Assembly: GCA_964447495.1 (NCBI GenBank)
Contig: CAYUTF010000031.1
Location: 2,397-31,692 of the forward strand
Origin: an uncultured archaeon
GTDB lineage: Archaea > Asgardarchaeota > Lokiarchaeia > Sigyniarchaeales > SOKP01
DNA length: 29,296 nucleotides
Direction of reading: 5' to 3'
The translations under genes were made by a program, and so were the position numbers. Shown here in pieces: positions 26,499 through 29,296 of the stretch. The first letter of the stretch is position 1; each line of letters starts with the position of its first letter. The notes beneath the pieces are model-generated. The model ran no database searches, was not told where the DNA came from, and was given only the letters and a program-made list of their open reading frames with translations.

Positions 26499-27008
26499 AT
26501 GGGAGTCATGTCATTAATATACAGTTCTGCAGGATATTTCTGTGAGGGAGAAGTGGATAAGAATTGGCAATTTAGTATGGAATTTGGAAAAATTCTACTA
26601 ACAAGTCAAGTATTATCCTTATTAAAAAAATCGAATATCAATTTAACAGAGATCGGCTCTTCTGTGGATAATTTCAACGAAGGTTTCAAAATTCCATTAA
26701 AAAACATTAAAAAAGTATATCCTTTAAAACAAGGAAAAATATTTATTGTAAAAGTTGAAACAAGAGACAGTCACATCTTTTCTATAACCTTGGCAGATAA
26801 TGAAACGTATGGTAAAAATAAGAGCTATGATTTAAGTGATTTAATCAACACAACGATCTTAAATGAAATCAATGTAAAAAATGTTGTTACAAATATCGAT
26901 AAAGAGTCTAATTCTTATGTTCTGGGGGGAGTATGTAAATATTGTGGTGCAAAAATTGTACCTAATGCTCATTTCTGTAAGGATTGTGGTATGCAACTAG
27001 ACCATTAA
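26499..27008 (+). CDS. Hypothetical protein with C-terminal zinc ribbon and possible PH-like N-terminal domain
   Basis: CKYCG..NAHFCKDCG zinc ribbon; IPLKNIKKV..IVKVET pattern recalls PH-like folds. Confidence 0.75.
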   Translation: MGVMSLIYSSAGYFCEGEVDKNWQFSMEFGKILLTSQVLSLLKKSNINLTEIGSSVDNFNEGFKIPLKNIKKVYPLKQGKIFIVKVETRDSHIFSITLADNETYGKNKSYDLSDLINTTILNEINVKNVVTNIDKESNSYVLGGVCKYCGAKIVPNAHFCKDCGMQLDH

Positions 27009-27036
27009 AACAAGTTAAAAATATTCTCATTCTATT

Positions 27037-28245
27037 TCAAATAACAGTATCAACAATGTTTTGTTGTATTATTTGTGGCATCAGTCCGAATGTCTCTATC
27101 TCATCAACCGAAATGGCATTTGGGAATGCCTTTTTCATGATATTATATGCCCCATTTACATCAGCATTAACTAAAACACCTTTGGATGTTTTAAACAATC
27201 CTCTAGAAATTCTTTTTCCTCCATATTTTTCATGCTTTTTAATTGGTTCATTATCCAAGAAAGAGCATTTAGAAGTGTGATTTTCATTGACTATTAAGAC
27301 ATGAATTCCTTCTAATTGAGCTTTATATTCGATTTGTTTTACTAATTTCAAGAAAGGGATTTGTACAAATTTCTGATTATTTCTTTTTCCTATATTGATC
27401 TTTTACTTCCACACATGATTATATCCTATTACTATTGTTTCAATGTTGTGCAAAGTGCAATATTCAATTACATTCTTTAAAATTCGATGAAATAAGGTAG
27501 TAAGTTTATTGTTTCGAGTTAAATGAAGTTTTTGAATTCGTCTTGTATCAGTAAAATTGCCTTTCTTGTTTTCGATATTCCTATAGTATGCTAATTGTTT
27601 GTTATAATATTGATTTATAGAATTTATCATCCCACCTTTAATAATAAACGGTTTACATCCGTTATTATTTATCGCATTTATGAGATTATTTAAATCTAAA
27701 TCCATGCTTAACATATGACTTTTATCTAATCCTAGATCCTTCTCTTTTTTTTCATACACAAGATCAATTTTATACTTTACTCCTAAAGGGATTATCCTTA
27801 CTTCTTTTAATCTTTCATTAATTCTTGTTTTAATGGGATTAATATGTACTCTTTTCGGAAAGTGTAAATATCCTTGTTCTCTCTTACATTGCTGATTAGT
27901 GAAACTTACTACAGATTCCCCGTTTTTCTTTTTATATTTAGGTATTTTAGGCTTTTTCTTAAATTTCCTAAAATTACGACTATACTCCTTAATACTTTTA
28001 AAATATGATTTCCAATTTTGAGTTACACATTTGAGAATTTGTTGTGATGTTTGAGAAGGAAGGTTCTGGTAAACTTGTTTGGTTTTAAGAATGAAATCTA
28101 AATCATAATAGGTCAAAAAATTATTGAGATTAAAGAAATCCTGTCTGATATACCAATTAGCTAAATTATACAAATTTTTAGCTAAATGACATAACTCTGA
28201 TAATTTCAATGAATATTCTACTTGCATAACTTCAGTTAATCTCAT
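27037..28245 (-). pseudogene. tnpB: TnpB RNA-guided nuclease interrupted by an in-frame TAA at 27403-27405
   Basis: ORFs 27403-28245 and 27037-27351 are in the same frame: ...IVIGYNHVWK*KINIGKRNNQKFVQIPFLKLVKQIEYKA..NENHTSKCS..NADVNGAYNI; N-terminal AKNLYNLANW. Confidence 0.9.
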
Positions 28246-28513
28246 CTTCTCTTAATAAAGCCTCAATAATCTTGTTTTTTCTTTTTGAAGATAACTTCAT
28301 TGAATAACAATGGAGGCGCGGCACGATTTCTTCAAAGATCTCTTGTGAATCTAACTTTTCATTTCCTCCTTCAGAAATCACAATAATAATTGTGCCAAAT
28401 TTTTGAAATAAATAATAAAATAAACTAAATCCAACTCTACTTAATCTATCTTTATAGGAAATAATAATATTTGCTACCTTGTAGTCAATAATCTCATCGA
28501 GTAAATTAAAAAA
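28232..28513 (-). pseudogene. tnpA: 5'-truncated IS607 serine transposase
   Basis: Not in the ORF track. Manual translation: FFNLLDEIIDYKVANIIISYKDRLSRVGF...EIFEEIVPRLHCYSMKL...EDEIN*. An in-frame TAA lies four codons upstream; the N-terminal HTH and catalytic Ser are absent. Confidence 0.88.
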
Positions 28514-28633
28514 GAGGGAACATTATCATTCTTTCAATTAAGGATCGTTTTACTTCTTGCTATCCGCTAGTCCATCATACTTAGGAGAAATCCTTAAAGT
28601 TCAAAAAATAATTGAATTTACTAAAAATGAAAA

Positions 28634-28882
28634 TTAGGAGTCTTTTTTTCCTCTCGATTTTGGGTATCTAATAATTCCCGTTACGAACAATGGCGTAGCC
28701 CACATTATACTAAATAGTATACCGTATAAAAATGCAATTATCACAGGTTCTCCTTGATTAATTGAAATTACACTTCTGGATAATCCCGTAAACAAGCCAA
28801 TAAGAGTTCCCATGATGAAACACCCTTTTTTTGTATTCCCTCCATGGTATAATTTTTTTAACCATGTATTTGCCCACTTCAT
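28634..28882 (-). CDS. Small hypothetical membrane protein (2 TM)
   Basis: 82 aa with ATG start, two hydrophobic segments and a basic tail. Confidence 0.55.
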   Translation of the reverse strand: MKWANTWLKKLYHGGNTKKGCFIMGTLIGLFTGLSRSVISINQGEPVIIAFLYGILFSIMWATPLFVTGIIRYPKSRGKKDS

Positions 28883-29296
28883 TTTTATGCTCTTTATTCT
28901 ATAAAGTATATTTTTTACATTATAGTATATTTTTTATCATATATGATATATCAATTAAGATATTAAAAAGAATCGTAATTCTAAAATTGTTTCATAAACC
29001 TATTGAAAGAATTAACTGAAATTAAGAATTCTTTAAATAATTTTGATGTTATAAAAGATACTGATGATAATTCTGTAATAAAGAATTTTGTTTATAATAT
29101 TTTGAATCTAATACCATTTATAGAAAATGACAATCTAGATAAAAAATTTAAAATGATATACCCTTAAAGACCATCCAAAGCCTTCAAGTGGAAAATCGCT
29201 ACTCATTTAAGTTGCTAATAAAATTAAAAGAAAGAAAGTTATTATTTATAGAAATCTACCGTTGATTCTTTTATATTTCTGGATTCAGTAATTTCT

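Larger units (their letters stand above)
27014..28513 (-). mobile_element. Degenerate IS607-family element (left end missing; right end approximate)
   Basis: Serine-recombinase tnpA remnant overlapping the start of tnpB; the minus strand reads ...TTTTTAAC about 20 nt after the tnpB stop. Confidence 0.8.

Noticed and set aside
21187-27280. ORFs 21187-21405, 23368-23574 and 26984-27280
   Set aside because: They overlap tes, the V4R gene and tnpB in other frames or strands, with no independent support.
27403-27405. Programmed recoding (Sec/Pyl) of the tnpB internal stop
   Set aside because: The codon is TAA, not TGA or TAG, and other signs of decay in the element indicate pseudogenisation.
28831-29296. 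ORF 28831-29019 and possible frameshifted gene remnants near the window end
   Set aside because: Short AT-rich frames with no recognisable homology; cannot be supported without a search.

Overview
AT-rich (roughly 30% GC by eye) archaeal chromosomal segment, most likely from an Asgard archaeon (Lokiarchaeia-like). This is inferred from a Rab-like small GTPase, a stand-alone longin-like protein, a RING-like Zn finger, an archaeal ribose-1,5-bisphosphate isomerase/eIF-2B homolog and a tetraether lipid synthase (Tes) homolog. Ordinary content: uvrC, an MFS transporter, a long minus-strand run (PadR regulator, heterodimeric ABC exporter, alpha/beta hydrolase, radical SAM, ROK kinase, phosphohexomutase), a DUF362 protein, a lipase, an aminotransferase, a LURP/scramblase-like protein, and a decayed IS607 (truncated tnpA, nonsense-interrupted tnpB). 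Most unusual: (1) an unannotated GC-rich structured element at about 19420-19710, with a 121-nt multi-stem core, a 22-codon uORF and mutually exclusive pairings (candidate switch/attenuator or sRNA); (2) a protein of 11 exact-period 35-aa repeats with a recent 134-bp internal duplication and a loose nebulin-like pattern; (3) a ~220-aa Met-rich insertion inside an ABC nucleotide-binding domain; (4) a V4R/Bet3-fold gene directly upstream of the Rab-like GTPase. No tRNA, rRNA or CRISPR array was recognised. All calls come from reading motifs by eye; no searches were run.
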